Shown: in pieces, positions 37,275-50,700 of the stretch
Layout: every line of letters begins with the position of its first letter
How positions within the stretch are numbered: position 1 is the first letter of the stretch
Origin: Octopus vulgaris
Lineage: Eukaryota
Direction: 5' to 3'
Assembly (NCBI GenBank): GCA_951406725.2
Contig: OX597824.1
Coordinates: 11,966,001 to 12,030,000, forward strand
Length of the DNA: 64,000 nucleotides
The notes under the pieces: model-generated
What the model saw: the letters and a program-made list of their open reading frames with translations, nothing else
What the model was told of the DNA's origin: nothing
Database searches by the model: none
Made by a program: the position numbers and the translations under genes

Positions 37275-40200
37275 CTTTCCTGAGTGTCTTATATTTACAG
37301 AACTACTATCCTACACAAGCAAAACAGACACAAATCAACTCTTGTGAAATTTCACAAACATATCCAGAAGTGTTTTAATAGCTAGATGTCGTTCTTGAGG
37401 CTGATAACAAACCCAGAATTGGAAAAAAACTGATGAAAATATTTCTGATAAAACTTACTTTACTTTGGGCTGAGGAGAATGTGTCTTAGATCGGGATTTT
37501 GAGTGGGAACTTGGTGATTTAGACCGTGATGATGACCTCGAACGAGAGGACCGAGAAGATTTACTTGAACGAGAGCGAGACCGTCGCCTTGCTTGGTACC
37601 GACTACGCTGGTTACGCGAACCACGGTCATTATAGTAATTGGAATGAGACCGTCTCCATTCTCTGGACCGCGACCTGGACCGGCTGCGCGATCGAGTGTG
37701 CCGCCACCTGTCTCGTCTGTAATTGTTAGTGTGACTTCTTGGATTTGAACGTGACCTCGATCTGGACGCAGAACGTGACCGGCTTCGCCTCCGACGGTAT
37801 TTCGATTGTGTGCGTGCTGGAGGAGATCTACTGCGATGCCGATATCGATTAGTACTTGTAGAGGGTTTTCGGTTGAATCGTGAGCTTTTCCTAAGGGAAG
37901 AACGAAACAGAATAACGTGAAAAGGATAATGTTACAGCTGGGATTAACACATAAATTGCAAAAAATATTCTTACAACTTGGAACGACACATAATAGTTAC
38001 AATAATACAATAAATACCATCATGCCATTATCACTCAGCATCTACATTTCTATGCTATTATGGGTTAGGCGGAATGTGTTCAGGCAGATTTTCTAGTCAG
38101 CTCCTTTTTTGTTGCCAAGCAAGGTAACATTTCCACATATTCCACAGAAGAATGAGAACAAGCCTCACTTGTTTGCCAATGACGCTCGTTTACAAACATC
38201 ACATGATGTCTAGACAAGGGTCAACACAAACACAACAGGCTTCTTTGGTTTCCATCTACCAGATTCACTCACATGGCTATGGTCAGCCTGGGGCCATAGC
38301 AGAAGACACTTGCCCAAGGTGCCACGCAGTGGGCCTGAACCCGAGACCTCGTGGTTGGGAAGCTGGGAATATAATCCGATAGTCAGTACCACATGATAAC
38401 AGAGAATGAAACAGTATTGGAAAGATTACGACATGCAGACCACAACAACATGCATAGCAGAATGAATGTAACACCAAATGTGGTGATAGAACCAGAATTT
38501 TGTAAGATCAATGCAAAAAAAAAAAAAAGAAGAAAAATCACATTTAACAAAAGGAGAAATTCTGCTTTGGAAGGACAGTAAAAATCCATTTGATAGAATT
38601 TTATTAGAAATAATTTAATGAAATAAACAGACTTGTCCGAAAAACATGCTGACCATGATCGATTCCGTGAACTACTTCCTCCTGTTGTTGAGCTACTGAC
38701 TCCTTTAGTGGACAGACGGTCACTGTGACTGTGAGAATGAGACTGAGTCGTAGAACCTAAAGCTGCCGGTTCCTCCTCACTTTCACCACCAAAGCTGGTT
38801 ATGTACATCACTTTACCAGCATTCTCCGGAGATCGAGAGCGAGATTTTGAAGACGATGATGACCTTGAAAGAGACAAAAACAAGAGAAGATTAAACAGAC
38901 GATTATATATATATTTTTTTATTATATTTAACCCTTTAGCATTCAGATTATTCTGTGTAACATAATGCTTATTTATTTACAGTTTTGAATTAATTATATA
39001 TTATCTTATAGCTTTGAAAATTTGATGATGTGACTGTATATTTTTAGCATGACATTGTAGGGTAGGTGTGAGAGGCTAAATCTGGCCAGTTTGAGCATAA
39101 AACAGGTAAAACATCTGGGTTAGATGTGGCTGATTTAAATGCTAAAAAGTTAAGGCAGCCTCAAGATTAAATTAATTTTTATTATCTGAAAAACTAATGA
39201 GAGAAAAGTGGAAGAAAATAAGAGCATGTGGTATATGTAAAAGAGAGAATTTACACTATTTAAGGCACAGATACGATTGCATAAGGTAGAGACATAGCCG
39301 AATGGTTAAGAAGTTCACTTTGCAGCTTCATGGTTTTGGGTTCGATCCTACTGCATGACACCTTTTACTAGTTTTTATAGTCATAAGACTGTGGCCATGC
39401 TAAGGCATCGCCTTGAAGAATTTCACTTTGTCTCAGCACAAAGTTAGAGGGACATAAATACAGCAAAACTGGCTGTCAAGTGGTGGTGGACAACAAACAT
39501 CCACACCAGTGGTCAAGCAGTGGGAGGACAAACACACACAGGTAAGGTATGGTGGATTGGGGGTGCAATGTTGCAGCACATCACTTCATCAGTACTCGCT
39601 TGGGTTGCCCTGAGCAATCTTCCAAGCAATGTCCCAGCCAATTCCATTCTCTGTCAGATACTTTCTAATCTGCCAAGAACATGTGACATATGGTCAATCA
39701 ATAAAAGCTGCCACCTTAGCTGGATCCTCAGAGAAGAGGACACAACACACAAGATACAGCATCTGTCTATCAAATTTACTCACAAACCAAGGTTGTCCTG
39801 GGGCTATGATAGAAAACACTTGCTCAAGGTACCAAATGCAAAACTACCTGGTTGCAAAGCAAGCTTCTTAATGACAGGGACAAGCCTGCAACTAGAGACA
39901 CAACAATAACATTTTTTTTCACTTTTTAGCTTTTTATTGATATTAAAACGCTAAAAGTTTGAACTTTTAAATTAGGAATGGAAAATGAGAAGATAGTTGG
40001 TAAAAAAAAAAAATCAGATTAGTTTTAGTAATTAAGATGACTTCTCATATTTAGCCAACACAGAATGTAAATTTATTTCAGGTAAAGTGATTGTTACAAA
40101 ATATTCTGTCATACATCTTTTTTTGGAATGGTGGGTCTCAACGCAGATAAAGTTCTAATTAACAGATTGTATATATTGGGTTTAAAAATACTCTTGGATA

Positions 40201-41489
40201 GCTTTAAATTACTGAAACTCAACCCTTCACAAATATAATGTTTGTTTGTTTATATTGTTTTGGATTTATCATGCATTATCTTGTAGTTTAGAGATTACGA
40301 TGAAGAAATTGTTTAGTTTTAGAATGACATTGTAGGGTTGAGGTGAGAGGCCAGATTTGGCCAATTTCAACATAAAACAGGTTAAATATTTTGGCCAGTT
40401 ATGGTCGGTTTAAAGATCATGAGAACTGTCTCAAAACATGACCAGTACATGAAAATATCTTACCGTTTATATGGTTCATATTTTGGACTGGCTCTAGCTG
40501 CATAGCTGAAAAAATAGGTTTAAAATATATTTTAAGTGATCAGCATTATGTAATATACCAAAATCAATAAAATCAAATTCTAATGCTCAATGAAATCTAC
40601 ACTATGTTTTATTAACACCACTGTTCAAAATATATAAGAAGCAAAAAAAATTTCTTATTAAGTCAACTGCCTGACTACGGACTTCATCCACTGCTCACAT
40701 CAAAGTTTCTTGTCAGTTTACACAATCCCAATGTGTCGCTGAAGCACTTTTTGATCTCCACTTTCAACTCTTGTGTGTCAGTCTTGTCCTTAAACACTCC
40801 GCTCAAAGAATTTAGCAGTGGACTGTTTTTGTTCAGTAAGACAAACTGAGCCAAGCAGAGCTTGGGGGCCTTTCTCAATGACGGAGCATAATATTTTCGG
40901 CAATATCAAAATTTATAACTTTATAATTGACTGGTGACAGTCAAGGCTGATCTGGAACCCAACCTAGGCCCCCATATCTACGGCGTTTGCCGCTGGAATA
41001 AGGAGTGGCTGGAGATCACGCGGTCGTTAGTCTCAAATCGCCAGGCATGGTCGGCGTTTGTGAGAGATGCAGCATTGAGGATGAATGAAGCCAGCTCAAC
41101 CCACCCCGGGTGAATGCTGTCAAGTCAAGTCAAGTCAAGAAGTGAAGCACCTAACTCAAAAAGCAATGTTAAAATCTACAAATCAAATTGTTTGCCTCAA
41201 TTATATACAAAACATTAAATTATATGAGGGCCAGTCAGAGACAATATTTCATCAAATTATAATATTAAATATTTTGATAAGTCATCTACTCTCTCTCTCT
41301 TTTACTTGTTTCAGTCATTTGACTGCGGCCATGCTTGAGCACCGCCTTTAGTCGAGCAAATCGACCCCAGGACTTATTCTTTGTAAACCCAGTACTTATT
41401 CTATCGGTCTCTTTTGCCGAACCGCTAAGTGATGGGGACGTAAACACACCAGCATCGGTTGTCAAGCAATGCTAGGGGGACAAACACAG

Positions 41490-41553
<64 letters not shown>

Positions 41554-44500
41554 GTATATATATATACATGCACATATATACGACAGGCTTCTTTCAGTTT
41601 CCGTCTACCAAATCCACTCACAAGGCATTGGTCGGCCCGGGGCTATAGCAGAAGACCCTTGCCCAAGATGCCACGCAGTGGGACTGAACCCGGAACCATG
41701 TGGTAGGTTAGCAAGCTACTTACCACACAGCCACTCCTGCGCCTATAGACACTAAAAAAATTAATTACCTTGGTGGGCTTATTTTTCTTCCTTGAAGTTT
41801 CTTCTCTTTATAAGCTCTTCTTTCTCTTCGGGATTTGCGACCCTAAAAGAGAAGAGCAAGTGAAATAAAATAAGATCTGAAATAGTTAAGACAAAACAGA
41901 ATGGGGATGGTAGGGTGTCTTTAGGCAAATCTGTGCCTCAAAGTTGCAATTAATTTCATGGTTGGATCATATCCTTCCATGCAAATTTCAGGCTGTACTT
42001 GATGGAACTCAAAGTTTGTTCAGTCATGCAAACTAAGCCAAACAGAGTTAGGTGAGTTAAGTACCTTGACCAAAATCTGAATAGAGGCAGGTGTAAGTCT
42101 GTTCTTAGGCAAGCTTGCTGACAGCACTATACATGTTTTGGTTTTATTAGATGCTCTCCAAAGAGACATCACAGCCTTGCCATGTTACCAGATTACTAGA
42201 TCCTATCTGACCACGAGATAAAAAGATTTTCAGTGAATGAACATGGACAAGCACAAAAATATAAAAAGATATCTTTGTGCACGGAAAACGTATTTGCAGT
42301 TGTCAGCATAGTCGCCCAATATCAGAATTGGTCTCCACTTAACCCTTTCATTAACGTTTTTATTTTGAGATGCTGTGTTTCTATCAATTATTTTAAATAT
42401 AACAAAGAATTTAGTAAAATAACTTAGTTATCATTAAGCTAGTGTTAGGAACATAACTTGTGACTAATGTTTGGTGGAAGATTTTAATTCAAAACTTATG
42501 AAAATGAAACATTTGTAGTACAGATCCAGAGCCGGTTTCAGCCAGATTGGTAACATACTCTTTCTGTTTTCAATTAATCTGAAATTAGAGTTGTCTCCCC
42601 ATCTTTTTTTTCTATTTCGGGATTCGAGAAAGTTAATGACTTTTTCTCACCACATATGTAATTATATTAATTTTTTGTGGTGGTGGTGGTGGGTGGGGGG
42701 GGTGCATTAACTACGTTAGCTTATATTTAATTTGTTCTTTAGTTTGTTTCAACCACCAAAGCTAAGGCCAAGATGGAGCATTATCTAAAAGGGGAATGAA
42801 TCTAGCTCTCAAAATGAGTTAGTCCAATTCTTCAATAAACTACTGCAATGATCAAACGGTTGGTGATGGAAACTAAGCCACAGTTGTGAATTCTTATATT
42901 GTCAGTAGCATTAAAAAGGACTACATATGAAAAATTCATGAGCTAACAAGGAAATCTCTACGTGGTCGCTTGACCTGCTAGAAATAGAAAGCAAAATTTC
43001 TCTCATAGCCCTTCTGCAAAACGGTACTAGCTCTCTGTCGGTTACGACAATGAGGGTTCCAATTGATCTGATCATTGGAACAGCCTGCTCGTGAAATTAA
43101 CATGCAAGCAGCTGAGAACACCACAGACACACGTACCCTTAACATAGTTCTCAGGGAGATTCGGTGTGACACAGAATGTGACAAGGCTGGCCCTTTGAAA
43201 TACAAGTACAACTCATTTTTGCCAGCCGAGTAGACTGGAGCAATGTGAAATAGTGTCTTGCTCAAGGACACAATGTATCATCAGGTATTGAACCTGTGAC
43301 CATATAATCTTGAGTTGAATAAACTAACCACTAAGCCAAGCACCCTCTGTAAAATGGAATACCACAATAACCCCTCATCGTCTAGCATAAAGCTGACCTT
43401 ACCCTGCCCTTGGGGTTTGTAGTTTTGCAAGTTGCATGCCAACCTCACTAGTGCTGGTGGCACAAAAAAAAGGCACCCAGTACATGTAGAATGGTTGGTG
43501 CTAGGCAGTGCATTCTGCTACAGAAACCATGCCAAAGCAGACACTGGAGCATGATGGATTCACTGGATCCAGTAAAACTGTCTGATCCATGCCTGCACAA
43601 AACATGGATGTTAAATGAGGATAATAGATAGTGTAAGTCTATGATACATTATGCTTGCAAGCAAAATAAAAAGAAAAAAATGAGGTAGGATGGTCACAAC
43701 TAGAACGCCTGGATCAGGCTGATCTAGGGTTAAACAACAACATATAAAATTTACTCACAGCAAACTGGGCCTTTTCTTCTTCTAACAATTTGGCTTGTCT
43801 TAGTGCTTCGAGTTCTTCTTTGTCTTTACGTAAATATCTTTAGAAACAATACAAAGAGAAGGTAGAACATTTTTGTAGAGGCAAGATGCTTTTAAAATAT
43901 CCGTAGTACATTATTTAGTAACATGAAGACATCACTCTATAATACCCCAGTGGAGTTTTAAGCCCAGGTCAGTACCATGTAGAAAGTACCCAACACACTC
44001 TGTAAAGTGGATGGCGTTAAGAAGGGCATTGAGCTGTAGAAACCAAGCCAAATCAGACTGAAACTTGGTGCAGTTCTGGTCAAATTGTCCAATCCATGCC
44101 AGAATGGAAAACGGATGTTAAATGATAATGATGATGTGTTGAAGAATATATTTAAATGCTGTAAGATATCCAGCATGCTGGCCTATTATTAAATGTTTTA
44201 CTCAAAGATAAATCCTAGCTTAATACATAGAGATGCTTCACATATTACAAACTTCTCAACTTTGAAATAGAAGGCTAGTTATTTCAACTGAAAGAGAAGT
44301 TTTGTTCGGATGCAGAACATAATAACTGTATCAAAATTTGAACTTACAACCAACAGAAGTATGGTTGTGGTTGAAAGTTTTTAATAAGTATGCTGAAGTT
44401 TAAGCCTGTTGATGAGGTATCATAGGACAGAACATGTCTGGAATTGTCTTTCATATATGGTTTTGAGACAGCACCACTATAAAAAGAAGTTTTGTTTGGA

Positions 44501-44739
44501 TGCAGAACATAACAACTGTATCAAAATATGAACTTACAACCAACAGAAGTATGGTTGGAAGTTTTTAATAAGTATGCTGAAGTTTAAGCCTGTTGATGAG
44601 CTTATCATAGGACAGAACATGTCTGGAATTGTCTTTCATATATGGCTTTTGAGACAGCACCACTATCTAGCACCTACCACAGCCTCAGGTCAACCAAATC
44701 CTTCTGAGTGAGATTGATAAACAAAACCTGAAATGCATC

Positions 44740-44770
<31 letters not shown>

Positions 44771-47700
44771 ACTGTCTCTTTGCCTTGACATTGTAAATGT
44801 TGTAATTGACTGTTACCATCAAGCAAGCAATGCCCTTCATTTCCAATCTTCCATAAAAAGACATCTGATCATGGGGAAATATTACCTTACCTGGAAACAG
44901 GTAAGGGTTGGTGAGAGGAAGAGCATCTGGCTATAGAAAATACACTTCAACAAATTTTATCCAATTTTATTCATGAAAGTATGGAAAAATGGAGATGATG
45001 ATTCATGTAATTTTTTCTCATTGCATAACGAGATCTTAATATGAATTTAATGCTCTTGCATGCTAAAAAGAGAAGTTGCTGGAAGAAAGTGCTTACCTGA
45101 CATAATCATCATCATGCATACCATAGTGTTGTGCACATTGGTTAAGTATCTTTAGCTGGTCGGGTGTGAGGGCATCAACATCGAGAGTGACATCTAGTAA
45201 AACAACAAGAGAGAAAAACCATACAGAAAAGAACATTTGATAAAAAAAATATTAAGACACAAACTTAATGAAATATGGTATAAAGTATGATTAAAGGGGA
45301 TGTAGCATTATCTGGGAAGATGTTCTATCTTTAACAATGTGATTTCAAAATTGTCTCACTAGGCCAAGATGTCGAGGTGGCAAGCTGGCAGAAACGTTAG
45401 CATGCCGGGCGAAATGCTTAGTGGTATTTCGTCTGTCTTTACGTTCTGAGTTCAAATTCCGCCAAGGTCGACTTTGCCTTTCGTTCTATCGGGGTCGATA
45501 AATTAAGTACCAGTTTCGCACTGGGGTCAATGTAATCGACTTAATCCTTTTGTCCTTGTTTGTCCCCTCTATGTTTAGCCCCTTGTGGGCAGTAAAGAAA
45601 TATATATATAAGAGAGCTAGTGGAAAACAAAAAAATGTATCTCACCCAAGAGCCAGAACCTAACATTAGGTTTAACTATTTTGATCTTTCAACCAGCAAT
45701 GCAGCATGATTCTATATTCTTTTATTCTTTTACTGGTTTCAATTATTTGACTGCGGCCATGCTGGAGCACTGCCATATTTTAAAGTAGTTGAACAGAAAA
45801 GTGTGAAATCTCTCCCATGTGAAAAGAAGTCACATACTGCAGGGTTGCTTTTTATTTTCATACATCAATAAATGTACAATCTTGTATATTTACTTCGTTC
45901 ATAACTACTTTGACAGCAACACAAAGGTCATGCTTCGTTGGGGTGGTCAGAATATTAGTAAAAGCTGTTTAGAGTTACCTCCCATACTTGCAAGAAAAAT
46001 TAAATTTATGGTTTAAGATTTTAACTAAAGGCCAGCTATCTAAGGCGAGTGGATAAGAAAAATTAAAATATTAACAACCACTGATTAATTTTCTTTTTTT
46101 TAGTGCCTTTTCATTTCTAGTTAGTTTTAGAGACTCCATGCATTAAATATACTGAAGCTGGCACCTGTGCCGGTGGCAGGTAAAAAGCACCCACTACACT
46201 CACGGAGTGGTTGGCGTTAGGAAGGGCATCCAGCTGTAGAAACTCTGCCAGATCAGACTGGAGCCTGGTGCAGCCTCCTGGCTTCCCAGACCCCAGTCGA
46301 ACCGTCCAACCCATGCTAGCATGGAAAACGGACGTTAAACGATTACGATGATGACTTATTTAGTTGTGAAATATGAAAACATTCTAACTTCTAGTGAAAG
46401 AACTATATGTACAAGAGAGAGAGAGCAACAAAGAGAGTGAGATAGGGAGAAACACAGGTGAGCGAAAGAGGGAGGGTGAAGGAGGACTTACCCAGATCAG
46501 CTGTTTCCACATCTGTATCACTGCTGTCATCCTCTTCCTCCTCTCGAACAATAGGTGCATTGCTGTCTTCATAGGTGAAACCAATAGCAGCTTTTTTATC
46601 AGCCAACCTGAAGAAATATAAATAAAAAACCATCACTGCATTACACTTAATACCAGAGTTATACAACCTGAGACAAAAACATATCGATATCTACTCATGC
46701 TATTTAATATCTTATTTCTTTACTACCCATAAGGGGCTAAACACAGAGAGGACAAACAAGGACAGACAAACGGATTAAGTCGATTATATGACCCCAGTGC
46801 ATAACTGGTATTTAATTTATCGACCCCGAAAGGATGAAAGGCAAAGTCGACCTCACCGAAATTTGAACTCAGAACGTAGTGGCAGATGAAATACCTATTT
46901 CTTTACTACCCACAAGGGGCTAAACACAGAGAGGACAAACGGATTAAGTCGTTTATATCGACCCAAGTGCGTAACTGGTACTTAATTTATCGACCCCGAA
47001 AGGATGAAAGGCATAGTCGACCTCGGCGGAATTTGAATTCAGAACGTAACGGCAGACGAAATATCTATTTCTTTACTACCCACAAGGGGCTAAACACAGA
47101 GAGGACATACAAGGACAGACAAACGGATTAAGTCGATTATATCGACCCCGGTGCGTAACTGGTACTTATTTAATCGACCCCGAAAGGATGAAAGGCAAAG
47201 TCGACCTCGGCGAAATTTGAAACGTAGCAGCAGACGAAATACTGCTAAGCATTTCGCCCGGCGTGCTAACGTTTCTGCCAGCTCACCATACAGGCATAGA
47301 ATATAATCTTTATTCCAAAGTGTGTTAAGCCTTCTAATAGCCCATCTACCTCAACAAAATCAAAATCCAGTGATGATGATGTTATTTGAAATTCTACAAG
47401 ACTTTGGTACAGAATAAAGACAACACGTGTCTTTTCCCTAAGCAAAACAACTCCTGGCTTCTCTGGTAGCACGTTCTTCGTCACAGTTGTTTACAGTTGA
47501 AGTAGTTTCACTTTAAAGTACCGCGTAATAAAGGGAGATAAATGGAGGGGAAATAATAAAAAAAAACAAAAAACATCGCTTACGTAAAACTGACGCATTG
47601 ATTTAAAATGAAAACACTCCTTGGTCGAAATAACAAAACAAAAACAAAACTGGTTTGGCTGTACAATCACATAGACATGAAGGCAAATTATTTTGATAGG

Positions 47701-50700
47701 TAGTGGTGGTAGTGGTTGGTTAGCACAAGTTTTAATAAAAGGCATTCTTCATTATGATCATGTCTTTTTTTTCCCCTCACGATCGTCATGTCTGTCCCTC
47801 CCAAGACTATATTCCTGAGTATTTTTTTTTTAAAGACAGGAGGATATAATATGAGTTTGAATGACCATATAAAAGCACTTTCATTAGCTTTTATATTTAT
47901 CTCTGTTTGTTGCTGCTAAGACCCCAGACCAGCCACGATGTAACAGACTATTGTCGCCATGGCCATCCTGTCTTTTTCATATGTTCAGAGAACTTAAGAC
48001 GACATAACAGGATTTTTTTTTGTTTTGTTTTTAAGAGTCTGTGTTTGTCCCCCTAGCATTGCTTGACAACCGATGCTGGTGTGTTTATGTCCCCGTTACT
48101 TAGCGGTTCGGCAAAAGAGACCGATAGAATAAGTACTGGGCTTCCAAAGAATAAGTCCCGGGGTCGATTTGCTCGACTAAAGGCGGTGCTCCAGCATGGC
48201 CGCAGCCAAATGACTGAAACAAGTAAAAAAAGAGTGTGATTTTAGGAAGATTTAGCTGCTATTTCTAGCAACGTGTATAGGCTCTATCAGTTTTGTGAGA
48301 TAACATGTATAAGCCTGCTCCCCTGAATTAATCACAATCAACTGGACATTCTCTCCATCTATCCCTTTGTCCCCCAAACTGTGTCTTGTTCTCTTAGATA
48401 TTAGACAAAATACACCATCCAATCACTTCTTCCCAAAGAGGCAACCCATTGGGTTTCCTGCCTTCCAAAGTTTTTCCCTTGTAAACCGAAACAGGCTTAA
48501 CCACAACAATCTCATCAGCTAAAGAGGGCCTGCACCATTTCTCCTCCTCCTCCTTCTCCTTATATATAAGCAGTCATCTTTCTCATCTGTGAATCATTGA
48601 TTTTTACTTTAGCAACTTCAAAAGCACGTAGGATAAAAAATCAATTGAAGAGAGAGACACAAAGTTTAAAACAGGAAGGCTCCTATTACAGCTTGTTTAC
48701 CACCCACTATCCTTAAAATAATAATAATAATAATGATGATAATAATAATAATAATATTGGAAGTGTTATCATGTACATTGTTTTGTCTTGGTATAAAAGA
48801 TGGGCTACAGCAAATATTCTGCTCAATACCACAGATTTGCTTGTCAGTTGTTTGACTGTAACCAGTTGAGGATGTCCCTTAGTGGCTGACGATATGTGCA
48901 TCTCTGATCACGAGCAAAAGTAGTGGGGGAGCATCATAGCCGTGTGTTGAGAGAGATTCTTTGGGGTTTGAATAATTCACCTCTGGAAACATGGGTGGTT
49001 CTTTCAACATCCTAAAACAACCCTTATTCAGGGACCGTTTGAGCGGGATGGGCTACTCAACCTGAAGAAATTTCTAACTGGGCCCCACCTGCAAGGTCAT
49101 GTGCTGTTTATCTTGATATGAGATCACCATGTCGCTTACATATGGTTGTGATGCATGTGTCTAGTGTACCCTTATCAGACGGGTAGTCACAATGGGTATA
49201 CTGGGCTTCGTATATTTTACCCCAGTGTCACTTTGATGGCATGAACTGCTCTCTCACTCAATAATAATAATAATAATAATAATAATCCTTTCTATTATAA
49301 GCACAAGGTCTTAAATTTTGGGGGAGGGGGCCAGTTGATTACATTGACCCCAGTGCGTAGCTTGTACTTTAATTTATCAACCCTGGCAGTATTTGAACTC
49401 AGAAATGTGAAGACAGATGAAATACCTATTTCTATACTACCCACAAGGGGCTAAACACAGAGAGGACAAACAAGGACAGACAAACAGATCAAGTCGATTA
49501 TATCGACCCCAGTGCGCAACTGGTACTTAATTTATCGACCCCGTAAGGATGAAAGGCAAAGTCGACCTCGGTAGAATTTGAACTCAGAACGTAACGGCAG
49601 ACGAAATATGGCTACGCATTTCGCCCAGCATGCTAACGTTTCTGCCAGCTCGCCGCCTTGGAATAATAATAATAATAATAATAGCTTCAACTTTTGACAC
49701 AGGGTCAGCAATTTCAGGGAGGATAGGATAAGTCGACTTCAGTATAATTTGAACCCCGAAAGCACAGACAGATAAGAAGCCACTAAGCATTTTGCCCAGT
49801 GTGTTAACAATTCTACTGCGTTAAATAACAATAACAATAGTTTCAAATTTTGGCACAAGGTCTGCAATCTTAGGATAGAGGGGGTTGGAGATTCAGGGTT
49901 CAGCAGAATCTGAACCAAGACGAAATTCAATTTTCTCTGGCATACTGACAATTCTGCCGGCTCAAAATAACATTAATAGTTGTTTCTAGTATAGAAGACC
50001 CAGGGCCAGGAATTTGGAGGATGGGGATGGTGAATTACATCAGCACTCAATCCTTGACAAGTACTTGATTTTATTGACCCTGAAAGAATGAAAGGCAAAA
50101 CTGATTCTGAAGGGATTTCAGCTCAGAACATAAGACTCGAAACAAGTACCACAAGGTAGTTTTACTGATGTTTGACAAGTCTGTCAGCTCACCACTTTAA
50201 AATCATTTCTAATGTAGGGATATGACCAACTATTCCAAGGGGAGAGGATTAGCCAATACTATTACCAGTGCCATGTACAAAGTACCTGTACCGGTGCCAT
50301 GTAAAAAACGTACTTGTATCAGTGCCACATGAAAAGCACCCAAGCCGGTGCCACGTAAAAAGCACCTGTGCTGATGTCACATAGAAAGTACCCAATACAT
50401 TCTGTAGAGAGGTTAGCATTAGGAAGGGTATCCAGCTCTGGAAACCATACCAAAACATACAACTGGAGCAGGGTACAGCTCTCCAGCTGACCAAACTGTC
50501 CAACCCAAGCCAGCATGGAAAACAGATATTATATGATGATGATATTGTCCTAATACTAAACTGGTACTTTTATTTACCCACAAGATATCATCATCATCGT
50601 CTAACGTCCGTTTTCCGTGCTAGCACGGGTTAGATGGTTCGACCTGGGTCTGGGAAGCCAGGAGGCTGCACCAGGCTCCACTCTGATCTGGCAGTGTTTC

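Noticed and set aside
40684-40878. 64-aa minus-strand ORF next to the RTE 3' end
   Set aside because: No recognisable domain and no splice sites that fit the CLASRP phase; probably part of a mobile-element insertion.
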